NCBI GenBank assembly: GCA_012026655.1
Contig: JAAILG010000428.1
Coordinates: forward strand, 1-64,000
From: Hydrolagus affinis
Taxonomy: Eukaryota
Length of the DNA stretch: 64,000 nucleotides
Reading direction: 5' to 3'
Positions 50,572-62,662 of this stretch are shown here, one piece after another. Position 1 is the stretch's first letter; the number at the start of each line of letters is the position of its first letter. The translations under genes and the position numbers were made by a program. The notes under the pieces were generated by a model. That model saw nothing but the letters and a program-made list of their open reading frames with translations, ran no database searches and was not told the DNA's origin.

Positions 50572-52230
50572 GTAAGTAAAAAGAACAGTATTTCTGAATG
50601 AAGTAAGATATGGGAGCAGGGCATTGCAGGTTAGTGCTGTGTTAGTGCATTGGCATGAGGAAGATGTAAGGCATGGTTTCACACTTCGATCTGTTGTGCA
50701 GGTTGAAGGGACATTGTTAGCCATCTTTTCAAGAGGCTGGGAGGAAGAGGAAGTGGTGGGCAGCACTGAATGGGCATCAAGACATTTCTACAGGAGAGCT
50801 GGGGAAGCTCAACACCTCAGGGCCAATCTCTCCATATCCAATTGTTTGGATGGACTTTGAGTGAGCTGAAGGAAGGGCTGGCAGTTTTATCTGTCATCTT
50901 TCCCAGATTATTTTACAGAGATACTTGACACAGAGAAACTGGGAGGGAACAAATGTTCGGAGAACAAAGAGTTAAGCTACCATAAAAGTGCAATCAGATT
51001 TTGGTTTATTCATTAAAAATATTCTTTTGGAGGAGAAGCATACTTGCTTATTGGTCTGAAGTGTCCTTTCAAACAGACTTTAGAGGCGAGGAATATTTTT
51101 TAGCTTGGGAATAATTTCAAGTACAACTTGTGTTAATCGTGACTTGGGGGATTTGCAGACAAGATAAGACAAAAGTTTGGGATAGGTTAAGAAAGAAGGC
51201 AATGAATATGGTTGGTGCCTGGCAGTGTGTGGGAATGCAGGGGTCACTGGGCGGTCAGTGTTTCTGAGGTGTCCCATCAGGTCGCTCCTGTGCACTGTGC
51301 CAGATAAAAGAAGAGCTATTTTATCACATCAGCTTTTCTTTTGTTTTTCTTTCCCTTTTTAAAAAAACAATACAAGATGCATTATCTTCCAGGCTGATAT
51401 TGTGTAAAGCTACTGCCAAGGACTCCCCAACAACCTTCTCACACTGTCACTGTTCATCACTAACAAATGTCATTCGCCTTTCATCTGTATGATTACAGGT
51501 TAGATGTAGCCTAAGGGACTATTAATATTACTTAAACATCCACTTCAATGCGAGCCGGAGGCAGGGGGCTGAAGGCAAGGAGAAACCTTGTGTTCTAAAT
51601 GATCTGAGTGAGAATTGGACTGAAGGACAGCTAGTCTTTTGCAATACATTAGAGTCTGAGATGGATAAAAGTTTAGTGCAGCACAGGAAAAGGGTGGATC
51701 CCAATAAATCTGAAACCTTTCTGCTAAAGCTGTTAATACGTTCTTTCATCACAGTCCTACTGTGCTTTAAAATGGGCTTTTTAATTAAGATCTATCTTCC
51801 AACGTTTTACTCACAGCGGAATATTAGATGTTCCAGACATTTAAAGATTTGGTGACCTGTAATTTGTCTGCTCCTCTTCCCTCTCTCCCCTCACTTACCC
51901 CTGCACCCCCTCCCCAAACCCAACTACCCTTGATTTTGCTTGTGTGTGTGACTGCCTATTACAGTATTTAAGGAAATACTTTGATGCTCTTCAAACATTG
52001 AGAAATGTTGAGGCCTGCACAAGGACAGCTGTTTCTCTTCTTTGTTTGTTGCTCGTGCTTGAGCCTAATAAAATGGGATGTTCTGACAGCTTTAGCACGA
52101 AGGTTGCTGTACAACTTTGTAGAATTTTACACAGAAAGCAGCCATTTGGCCTATCATGCCTGTGCCTTGCCTTTGATCCCATGCCACTATTCAAAAAGAG
52201 AAGGCAGTTTCTTCCAGTGTCCTTGCCAAC

Positions 52231-52526
52231 AATAACAATAATAATAATCCTTGCATTTGATACAGTGCTTTTCACATCTTCTAGACGTCTCAAAGTGCTT
52301 CACGGAATATACTGTAAAGTGAATTGACTATATTTGTGGGCAAAATGCGGCAGCCAATTGCAACAGCAGTGTCCCACAAAGAGTCGTGGATTGAAATGAA
52401 ATTTTGTTTTGGGATTACTATTGAAGTAAGGAAACTTGCCCAAGGTTTTGCCCTGACCTGCCTGGATTTGAACACAGGTCTTACGCTTGTAAGGCGAGTG
52501 CTCTAACCACTGAGCTATAGGACTCC
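52231..52526 (-). mobile_element. Full-length tRNA-derived SINE with L2-like tail
   Basis: Head GGAGTCCTATAGCTCAGTGGTTAGAGCACTCGCCTTACAAGCG..GTTCAAATCC (Pol III A and B boxes), with body and (ATT)n tail. Confidence 0.93.
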
Positions 52527-52550
52527 ACGTCCTATTACAATTCCCCAAAT

Positions 52551-52736
52551 CAAATTAGTCACTCACTCCATGGCTCTTTATGGGACACTGGCTGCTGTGG
52601 CTAACTGGCTGCCACGTTTGACCCACAAAATTCACAATCAATCCATTTTACAATGTATACTGTGAAGTGCTTTGAGACACATAGACAATGTGATGAGACA
52701 CTATATCAAATGAAAGGAGTATTATTATTATTATTA
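52551..52736 (+). mobile_element. 3' half of the same SINE family, inverted relative to its neighbour
   Basis: TGGGACACTGGCTG..TGGCTGCCACGTTTGACCCACAAA..TGTGAAGTGCTTTGAGAC..CTATATCAAATG..(ATT)n. Confidence 0.85.
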
Positions 52737-52849
52737 GGGACTGGTCATTGGTATAGACTTTGACACAGTAGTCACAATTGACTGGGGTGACTTTTCAAAA
52801 CTGTAGTTTTTGAGCAATGTGATGCGCTGCTGCATGTTCACCTCATAAG

Positions 52850-53080
52850 GTAATCCCTCTTGGAAAGCTTGTGTGTCAGGGTCAGGCACAGGATTAAGTT
52901 TGGGTGTAAGCATTACCTGGTCACACAGCCCGTTCTGGACTCACCACTGTCTGGGGTCATGGATTGAAAAGGATCGCTGGGGCTATGCGTTAAAGTGGCT
53001 GCCAGTCAGTGAATGTGGAACAAAATCCCAGCAAGTGTCAATATGACCAACTCCCTTCAGGAAGGGAGAAAGCTAGAGGA
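52850..53080 (+). mobile_element. Ancient SINE (second family) 3' part
   Basis: TGGAAAGCTTGTGTG..CACAGGAT..CACTGTCTGGGGTCA..GTGGAAC..CCCAGCAAG..CCTTCAGGAAGGGAG is the inverse of 5570-5770. Confidence 0.55.
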
Positions 53081-53931
53081 GATAAATATTGTATTATACT
53101 TCCATCTCACTGCAACCTTGCAAGTAATATTCACATTACAAACCTGATTAAGAGATCCACAGAAGTGCCAGTGAGTGTTCAAAGTTAGCCTGTGGGATAG
53201 TCGGAACCTGGCTTCTGGAATATAAGCTTAAATAGTCAAACTGCCTTCTTGTATCTATCAGCAGATGAGAGAAAGACCAACCTGAGTAATACACATTAGG
53301 TACTATACATGGTGTCGGCTCTATGCAAAGCAGTATTTGCTGATTAATTGCCTCAAACAAACCTTTATTAAAATATACTGAGTGAACCAGGCTCATGCAG
53401 TAGCTAATCATATTTACCCTAAAAGTTTTGACAAAATATGTAAAGCGAGTGACTGCACAAAGGTTGCAGGGATATTGAAATTCAAATTAAGTTGTCACGA
53501 CTGCCTATTTAATTAAAGAGTCTCAGCAGCTGCTGCATGTTAACCTGTTGGACGCTGCTGTCATTATCTGTCTCCGGTAGGAGCAGAGTGAAGTCTTGCT
53601 ATTTCCTCAGTGAAGGGTTAATAATTTTGCTATACAAAGCCTATTGATTTAATAGTGATTTTGCAGAAGAGAGTAATAATGGACTAAAGCTCTTAATTAC
53701 CAACCGCAATAATCCTCTGTATAATCTTTTAATTAATATTTTATTAATTGGTAAACATTATCCTCTCTCGGTGTTTCCAAATGACACTTTTTCAATATTT
53801 GTTCCACTTTTCATTTTTGTTGTTGTCTGAGACATTGAAATTTACTTATTATTACACAGAAATCGATTGTACACATTTCTTGATGGATTTTTTTTCTCAC
53901 TTTTGTACCACGGTTTATGAGCTGGGTTTGT

Positions 53932-54257
53932 GGAGCTCCTGTGGCTTAGTGGTTAGAGCACTTGTCTTGCAAGCTGGGGAGACCAAGCTGGGGAGAACTG
54001 TGTTCGAAACCAGACAGGTCAGGGCGAAACCTTGGGCAAGTTTCTTTACTCTACATGCCTAATAATAATCCATCAAAAAAAAACACAATAATAAAATTGG
54101 TCATTTCAATCCATGACTGTTTGTGGGACACTGCTGCCGCGATTCGCTCACAAATATACAGTCAATTCACGGTATATTCTGTGAAGCGCTTTGGGACGTT
54201 GATAAGATGTGAAAAGCACTATATCAAATGCAAAGATTTATTATTATTTATTTATTA
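53932..54257 (+). mobile_element. Full-length tRNA/L2-tail SINE with a 14-bp tandem duplication in the head
   Basis: GGAGCTCCTGTGGCTTAGTGGTTAGAGCAC..CAAGCTGGGGAGAC CAAGCTGGGGAGAA..GTTCGAAACC..CAAATGCAAAGATTTATTATT. Confidence 0.92.
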
Positions 54258-56931
54258 TGTTATAATCAATTCAGAATAAAACAATATTGTGAAGAATCTA
54301 AAATAAATGCCAAGAGTGAATTTTTTTTAAGGCCATTTAGTTAACAAAACTGAAGGTGGTTAAACGCACGTAACAGTTCTTGCTCTTCTCCCATAGCTGG
54401 AGATTGGCAATATTGACAAGCTGTGCTGATGCCAAAACTGAAGAAAATAATTCTTAAATATTTAAATGAAATCAAGTGATATATGCCAAGACCATAAACG
54501 GATAGAAATGAGAAAACATTGCCATTGTGGCCTGTAAACTGGCTTATTTATTCCGAATCCTCCCTGACCTTTTCCATCTTCCTTCTGCCATGGCAGCGGG
54601 ACTGGATCACATTGCTGACTGTTGAGTCAAGAATCAGCCCCATTTCTTACACTAATAATTCCAGATTTACTGAGCTCCATCTCAGGTGTGAAGAAGTTGC
54701 TTATTAAAAGTTGCTTTCAACGTGTTGTTTCATGACCCTGGTTCATAATGGGTCCAATTTGTGGCTTGTACAACATATTTGAACATAGCTGTGCATAGGG
54801 GAATTGCAGGTACTTCTGTAATCCTTTTCATTGCTTGTTCATTTGAAAAATGGAAGAACTTGCATTTTTAAAGCACCTTATCACATAGCATTCTGTCAAT
54901 GGAATACTAAGTGTTGCTCAGGCAGCCTGTTTCATGTTCTGGCATATTACAATCACGTTTAGGCAAACGGAGCAGGTCACTCTCTACTTTCCTAATATTT
55001 GCTGCAACAGTACCTGAGTTCATTCAAACAGTGTAGAATGTATCAGCCTTGTGATATATTGTGCAGTTTTCGTGACTCCTTTCTGCATACGTCCCCACCC
55101 CCGTGGGACACTAGGGCTCTAAGTGGAACATGGTGTCTCCAAGATTCTCCACACAAAAGTATTTTCTCTTGTCAGCTGGTAGTGAGCAGAGTCCAGACAG
55201 ACACCTGCCCAGAAGCAGAGAGGAAACACTGGATGTCCATCACCCAAGCCTCTGTTCTATCCAGAGGGGAACAGTTAAGGAGGTCAATTTTCTCATCTGA
55301 AAGACGCAAACAACAAATATTGCTAAATGGAGAGAGAAAAATGTAGAATTTATTTTGTAAAAGTAAGTCCACTCTTCATGTGGAGCTACAGGTTGATTGA
55401 GAGGCTGGTCTGTTGAATATTAAGTTGCAAAGAGAGTTTTGAGTGATGAATTTCATTCTTAACAGTGTGTTTATATTCAGCTCCTTAGTATTATTTATAA
55501 TGCTTGTAAACGTTGATTGCAGTTTTGGAGATGTGCTGAAATTGTTTATGAAATGTAAGGCGGGGGATAAACTATTAAAAGAGTGAAGGCAAATTTTGGT
55601 TAGTTTAAATGTGCAGATGCCTTATGCATTTAAATTTTGCATTTAATCTGCTTGGGTCTCACAGCCTGATAAGAGTACATTTAAAAAAATTAACCCTTTC
55701 TCATCAGCAAACAGCATCACAACAAATCTGTTTTATTAAACAATCTGCAAAAACTGGCGCATCCTGACGCAGTGCAGTTGTATGTACAGGGCACAGCAGC
55801 AAAACAATACAACTGTTGGGATCAATGGAACTGTTAAGTGGTGAATGGAACTGTGGATTAGAACATTTTCACTTCCACCTTTGAGACCTTTGTCTCCCCT
55901 TTCTTGTCAGCTTTAGAGGTTGTAAATGAAATGAAATTAGAGGCAGCCTCAGCCCAATTCTCATGGGCATCAATCCACACTACAAAACAGCTTAGTTAGC
56001 TGGTCAGAAAATTGGGTTTTAAAGAAGGGCTTTAAAGGAAGTCAGCAAAGGAAGGCGGTGAGCTCGGGAGAAGAAGGGGGTGAGATAGGGAAGGGAGCAA
56101 AATGTTGATGAAATAAAAAATGACCAGCAACTTAGCCAGATTCAAAAATGTAAGGTTCAAGCTCAGTTTTCAATTACGCCTTCATAGTTCCGTAAAGTAC
56201 TGCAATTTAAAATATGGTAAGAGTTGAATCTCCCTTAATAGATACCTCACCAGTCAACCCTACTTTCCATATTTGTTTTGTTCCTCTCCTTTGAAACTGA
56301 TGTGATCAGCTCATTAATGAGGATGCCTTACTACTGATGGCAAAACAAGCAAATCTTTTGACAGCCCTTTGGTTGCTCTGATTTGGTGCTGACCTGCCTA
56401 CCTCCCGGTCAGTTGGACCGACTGACTGACATAGTGGAGCAAATAACCTGTTGCTTCTTGTCTCAAATCAAGTGAAACAGATACAGGTCAGACAGCAGGT
56501 TGGCTGCACTTTGTACAGCCGTCTGTAGTAAAACAGCAGCAAACCAGAAAGATTATGATCCTTTGTCCATATTTTTATTTGGTCGATCAAAGTTTTAATC
56601 ATTTCCCCCCCTCCACCTCCAGTGGTGCCAACTGAGAACGACAGCTCTTTTCAGATAAGAAAATAATGTGGCCCCAAAGAAACCGTACTAATAGTAGCTA
56701 AGAGGGGTATCAGTACACTGTTCAGAGATGTCTTATAGGTATAGCTGTTTGGACACTAAGATGACCGACCATCAGTGAGCACGGAATTGCATAGACTTCT
56801 AATAAAAGTTGCATGTCATATCCAATGACGAAACTAATCATGTCACGTTGCATCTTAATTATTAATGATATTTCATAACCAGATCCAGTGCCTGTGGTCC
56901 TAACTCTGGGTCTGAATATAAATGGGGTATT

Positions 56932-57665
56932 ATAATTAGTTTTGCATTTGATTATCGCACCATTTATCAGGTGTACATTTTAAAACACTTCACAGAATTT
57001 ACTGTATGTAATGTGCAGTGATTGCACAATACCCCCTGTCTTACCGGATTCTGGATAATTGACTCTAGCCGGAACTAGGCCTAAAACTGAAACTTTTTTT
57101 TTAATTTCCAAGGGTTCAATATGTTTCGTAGTCTCTCAAATCCAAACTCCTGGTGGCCACCAATGCCATGCTGAGCAGCCCTCATTGTCCTTGCTGGCCT
57201 CACAGTGACCAGGGCTATCAACTTTGATTCAGAATGTTTGAATCTCATGAGCAGAAATGAGTTTATTTGCTATCTTCTACTGGCAGAAATCAATCAATTA
57301 CTATATCTGCACCGGCATTTACTGGAGTCCTTGGAAAGTGCATCAGTCCAGCATTGTAATTCCACTGAGCCGGGAACTCCAGTTTGTTCGACTGGATTTC
57401 CTCCCCATCAGTCTGGCTAGCCGGGGGTGGGGCGGGGTCACGTGTATTTGTGGATGAATGTGGCAGCCAAGTTGGTCACAACAATATCTCACAAACAGCT
57501 ATCATTTTACTTGGAGGATTGTTGGCCAGGACTCCAGGAGAATCTCACTTCTCTTAATAAATATTATGAATAATGTCATAGGATCCTCAATACCCACCTG
57601 AGCAGACAGACAGGAGCCCGGTTTAACATTTCATCCAAAGCACGGCACCTCCTCCTTCAATGCAG
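56932..57665 (-). mobile_element. Deu-domain SINE interrupted by a degraded MITE
   Basis: The tail occupies 56932-57026 and the element resumes at 57445 with TATTTGTGG..GGCAGCCAA..TTGGCCAGGACTCCAGGAGAA..GGATC..CCACCTGAGCAGACAG..CGGTTTAACATTTCATCCAAAG..CGGCACCTCC. Confidence 0.8.
57027..57444. mobile_element. Degraded Tigger-like insert
   Basis: It interrupts the SINE at GTGATTG-(C/T)A-TTTGTGG. The imperfect inverted ends are ACCCCCTGTCTTACCGGA and TCTGGCTAGCCGGGGGT. Confidence 0.5.
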
Positions 57666-57864
57666 AGTTCCCATACAATAGTTTGTTTTTGTCCTGTGTT
57701 TATAATGAGGCAATTGTGCTTTTTGGGTGTAGTGTGCACAGCATCACTTAGACACTTGTGACATGTGCCTCAGAGGCTGGTGATTTTGGCCCTTAAATAG
57801 AACGCCTAGGTTAGAAGGATATGAGAGGAATATGAAAGGCCTTGCTTTATCTTGGGTCCTGACC

Positions 57865-57932
57865 TGATTGTTCAGCGCTTTGGGACGTCCTCCCAACGTG
57901 AAAGGCATTCCATAAATGTAATTTTGTTGTGT
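57865..57932 (+). mobile_element. L2 3' tail only
   Basis: GATTGTTCAGCGCTTTGGGACGTCCTCCCAACGTGAAAGGCATTCCATAAATGTAATTTTGTTGT. Confidence 0.82.
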
Positions 57933-59941
57933 ATCTTTTCTCAGCCATTGCCATTCTTTGTAACCCGCTTCACCTGGTTTCCTTGTCTCCAAGCTGGCTC
58001 CTTGTCTATAACGCAAGGTACATGACATTTCGCTTTCAGATTAAAAGCTTTTGGCAACTGAAAAGTTAATACAAGTGAAGATTTATTTTAAAGTTTTTTT
58101 AAAAAAATCTGTTGCTCTTCTGTGTGTTGTAGCCATGTATATATGTGTGTTTGTATGCATCAATAAATATTGTGATTTTGTTTACCGGAACAGAAGTATC
58201 CCAGTACATAACCCATACAGAAAGATCTTTAATGTAAATATAGGGTATACAATGCAAGTTTCCAAAAACGAAACCTGTTAAAGTTTGCTCTAACCACTGC
58301 AGTGCTACTTCAGAAATAGATTGGGTTGTAAAGGTGTTCTGTAGATTTACCTGATGTACTTCCACTTACTGGAGTTCCAATTTGTGTGACTTTAAAGAAA
58401 TACCACAAGTTAGATCCCTATATTTCTTCGTGCAGGAATGCAATTTATTGTTGCAGGCCATCCAAAGTACACCATAAAAATTGCACAGAGGCAGAGCATT
58501 GAATTCCAGAAATGTGGCTGACCAGATTCAGAAATTGTTAAATCCCAAACCTAACATCAAGTTTCCTACAGCCTGGGCTGCATTTTCCCCTCTCGAGTAG
58601 AATCGAAAGCAATACTCCATCATGGACAGTTAAAGTGCATCTCTGCCCCTTAATATCAGATTTGTTTTAATGATTGTAGATTAAATTTGGAAGGTTCTTA
58701 CTGTAATTTGCAAAACCTGGGTAGCAATTGTGTGAAATTTGTACCAATTAACAAAAGGAAAAGCAGTCTGTTTCTTGGCTTGCCTCATGTGATGCTGTGT
58801 GTCCGTTGAGTTAGAAACAGCCAGGAGGAATACAAAGTACAAGGCACTTCTTAATTGGAACACATGACTGAAATTGAATGCTTTCCTACTAATGATACAA
58901 AGTTGGAATGTGACTCGATTCTTTCAAGATGTGCTTGAATTCACTGTATCTCTGGAATAACTGCTTTGGTTTGGCAGCTTTGCGTGCTCTGGCAGTAAGA
59001 AAATCAAATGTTTGAGAGTTCAAGCGCCCTAAATAAACTGAATCTTGATGCGATTATTGCCTCAGTTCAGCTGTGTACTGAAGGACATTCAATTTTATTA
59101 TAAATATAGTCTGGACATAAACAGCATCGAGCCAGACAGAGCGGTTCCGTGGTACAATCTAATTTTATTCAGCTTGCTATGTAAACAACGGTCTCACTTT
59201 ACAGCCACAGCTCTGGGTGTACGAGAAATCTATGGAAATTTTAGATAAATAGGAATGATTTAAAGCAACCAATGAGATGTTTTTATATGAGAAATATACA
59301 CTTACTTTGCTGTGTCAATCTCTTGGCTGCATTCCATACGTGATGTATGATGTATTGTGTTTCAACTATTCCGACAAGATTGACGGTTGTGACATTTCTC
59401 AAGTTTCATCACAGAGTGAAGTCCTTTAGTGTCTCAGGAATTTGCACTGCATTGACATACTTTTAACCAAGTGATTGTCAATGCAGAAGTTTGGTAGCAG
59501 GTTCTGTGGTTTGCTGTCCAAGATGCAACCAATATATTGTCCTTTCACCTCAGAAAAGTATTCAATCCCAACCCATTACTCACGAGAAGAAAGTCATGGC
59601 TTTCCATCAGTTAGAAACACAGATATCCTCACCATCAATTCCAAGAGGGTTCAAGTCACAGCACTGATGACAATGCAGATCTTCCCATAAATTAGCACTA
59701 AATAAGAGTCTCACTCGAGAGATCATGAGGTTATGTGATGTGGCAAATGGCAGTGTTATGGTGCAGTAAGGATTCTGTCATTGGAATTGAAGCACTGGAG
59801 AATGCTTGAAGCTGACACTTAATGAAAAAGAGGGCAAAATACTCAATTCTATACTGATATTCCTCAATGTAACCAACACAAAATTTTACCTTTTGGTTTT
59901 AGATCGCTTTTTGTTACAAGTAGGATTGTATAAGCTTTCAC

Positions 59942-60474
59942 TAGTGTCTGGCAATATATCGATATATTGGTATAATTTTTCATATCGATATACTGATATT
60001 GGAAATTTGAATGTATCGGTATATCGAAAAATCTGGTATAAAAAAAATCGGTATATCCACAAAATATCGGTATATCATCAACAAATGCCACGTTACAGCA
60101 TACAGAAAATATACAACCAAAGGTTCAAATACTTGATGACACAACGCACACTAGAGCTTAATTTTCTTAAAGCGCCAAAGGGCTCTATCAAAAACAACAA
60201 ACAACAAAAACAGTAACAACAAAGTTCAACAGACTTTCAACAGACCTTGTCGCCTGCATTGCAAACCTCCTGGGCATATCTGAATGCGCGCGCATCCTCC
60301 TTCTTCCCTTCCCCCCACCACCAAACACAATCAGACTTGCGCACAACCCTCCCAAGCCATTCATACGTAAAGGTTTGGAACGCGAGTAAAAAAAAACCTG
60401 GTTATATTGATATATATCGATATGAGCCCACCGATATATCGGGTATCGGAAAAATTCAATATCGACGGACACTA
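59942..60474. mobile_element. Complete hAT-superfamily MITE (533 bp) with an 8-bp TSD
   Basis: GCTTTCAC|TAGTGTCTGGCAATAT ... ATATCGACGGACACTA|GCTTTCAC gives a 13/16 TIR match and a perfect 8-bp TSD, with many subterminal ATATCG/CGATAT motifs. Confidence 0.93.
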
Positions 60475-62599
60475 GCTTTCACAAAATCGATGACTCTTAA
60501 TGTCTTAACGGGTATATTTCTATTCCCCCCATCCCCTATACCTTCACTACGGTGTAGCTAAAGCGCTAGTGAGTGTTCAACCTTATTGTGCTGCAACTAA
60601 TACCCAGAGTCTCTGGAAAAACAAAAAACCTACTTGCAGGAGATCACAGTGTGTATAATTATTACCAGTCAGTCAGCCTCAGTTTTCTTGCAGTACAATG
60701 CTTGAGGCTTTTTTTAAAATAAAAAATGTTTAAAACGAAATACTTGCATTGTTTGCAGAGAATGAGTGTGTGTGGGTGAGTTGTGCATGGGGATGAGAAA
60801 TCCACCTTTACATACAGACCTACCTGGGTCCTAAGACACAATAAGCTAATGCTCTGAGTAAGTATACTATTGCTCAATGTTTGTAGCTGAACTTTGTAAA
60901 AGTAAAACTGATCCCGCCCGCTGAGGTGTTCTTTAGGCAGGTTCATGCAGTTGATATCTCTGAATTCTGTCTCTCAAGGCAGAGTTTTCTTTTATGACTA
61001 CAAACACTCAGCAGTTTGTTGCTAGGAGTTATCATGTGATTTAATCCACAAAACACAGTGTAGATTCATTCAGTCCTTTAATGCAAACTTTACAAGTCAA
61101 CCTCTTTCAAATCTGTGAGTCACTCTTCTCAGAATAATTTTATACTTGTACCTTCCATATTCAATTGCCACTTATGTCATTAAAGCAAATGTGATGAAGG
61201 ACCAGGATCAACAGTAAGAGGGGCATCTCTGAAGTGTTGCTCGAGAAAACATCATACTTACTGTGATCAGCAAGTGCTTTTCAGCAGAAAGTGGGTATTT
61301 TAAATATGATCTGTAACTTGTACATTGCTTTTCAATCAGTTGTACATTGCTTTCCATTCCCACCATAGGAATACCACATGCCTAAACACTCTGCTTGTTC
61401 ATAAACCACAAAAGTGAAGCATTCCTGGCACAGTCTGCTTCTTCCCTGTGTTATTTGTATAATTAGGGCTCTCCCGCTTGGCAGAAAAAGGTATGAGGCA
61501 GTCACTTTACTAAGTGTAGTCATTCAGTTAATAGCAGGGCTGCAGCTGGATTTAGAATAACTCTTGATGCCCCTTTCATTACTGCTGACATTGCTTCTAG
61601 TTGCAGATTGATTCAAAGTGGAAAGCCTGATTTATACTTAAACACTCTGATTCCCTCTTGCCAGGGGCTGAAGAGAGCTTTAAACAGGCAAAACCATTCA
61701 AACATGCACAGCTCCACTAAATGTTGTGAAATGCTGGTTAATTTTTTTTCTAATGTTATTGAAACATAAAAATGTCATAATTGAAAATTCCTCAATGTTA
61801 AATAATTTACTGGGAACTCAGGATAAACATGTTAGTAGTGCCCAAAGATCACGTTCTCCCTTGAAGTAGGTATACATCTGCAGGTATACATTTTTGTTTG
61901 TGAGACCTTGTTTGAATACTGTTTTTCAGAAGATGTGTAATATTACAAAATGCTGTAAATATACTTTATCAGTCTCTCTTTCTCCAATGGGTTTGTCTGC
62001 ACCCTTCCTAAGTAAGGTTTTCAAGTACAAAAATGTAAGCTGTTCAATTACTGAGTCAATTTATTGTGCCTCTACTGTTGAAGCTCACAGTGCACTCATG
62101 AACTACCCAAATTATCAAATGCAAACATTATTAAATTAGTCTTATGCTTGTTGTTGCAGAATCTGTTAGTTGCAACAAGATTAGAAATGCCAACTGCAGG
62201 TTTCACTTTTAGCCGACAATAAAGAAATGCGACGGTCGGCCAAAGAAGTGTCAGCTCCAAACATGCATCTTTAGAGACAACATAGAGTCAATCAGTTGTT
62301 CCCAGTGAACCTTCCTACAAACAAAAAATCTATTTCTGGGTATAAAGTACTTTATGCAATAGTTATGACTTGCAATCTACCAGTAAAAAAACATCAAAAA
62401 TAGTTCAGCTCCCTTTAGGAGTTGCTTTCATTCAGGATTCATGTGCAAGCCAAGCTCCCTCCTACGACAATATTCTTCCCTTGTTCAGACTCTTGAAAGA
62501 TTTTTTTTATTCTAACACTGACCTAAAACAAGCTGTGATGCAGTCAGGGCAGATTAGAGTAAACTAGCTTGAATTGGTTCCGCCTTTTCTGTAGGTCAA

Positions 62600-62662
62600 T
62601 TGGAATCTGAGATGTTTCCCTACATGAAGGGTGCTATATAAATGCAAGTCATTGTTGTTGAT
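62600..62662 (+). mobile_element. L2 3' tail only
   Basis: CTGAGATGTTTCCCTACATGAAGGGTGCTATATAAATGCAAGTCATTGTTGTTG. Confidence 0.75.

Noticed and set aside
52455-52526. tRNA-like sequence (also 53932-54015)
   Set aside because: These are SINE heads. The acceptor stem is not formed, the anticodon differs between copies (TAC vs TGC), and they continue directly into the SINE body.
59806-60561. Several Tyr/Ile-rich ORFs
   Set aside because: They arise from the ATATCG repeats of the hAT MITE and have no transposase motifs.
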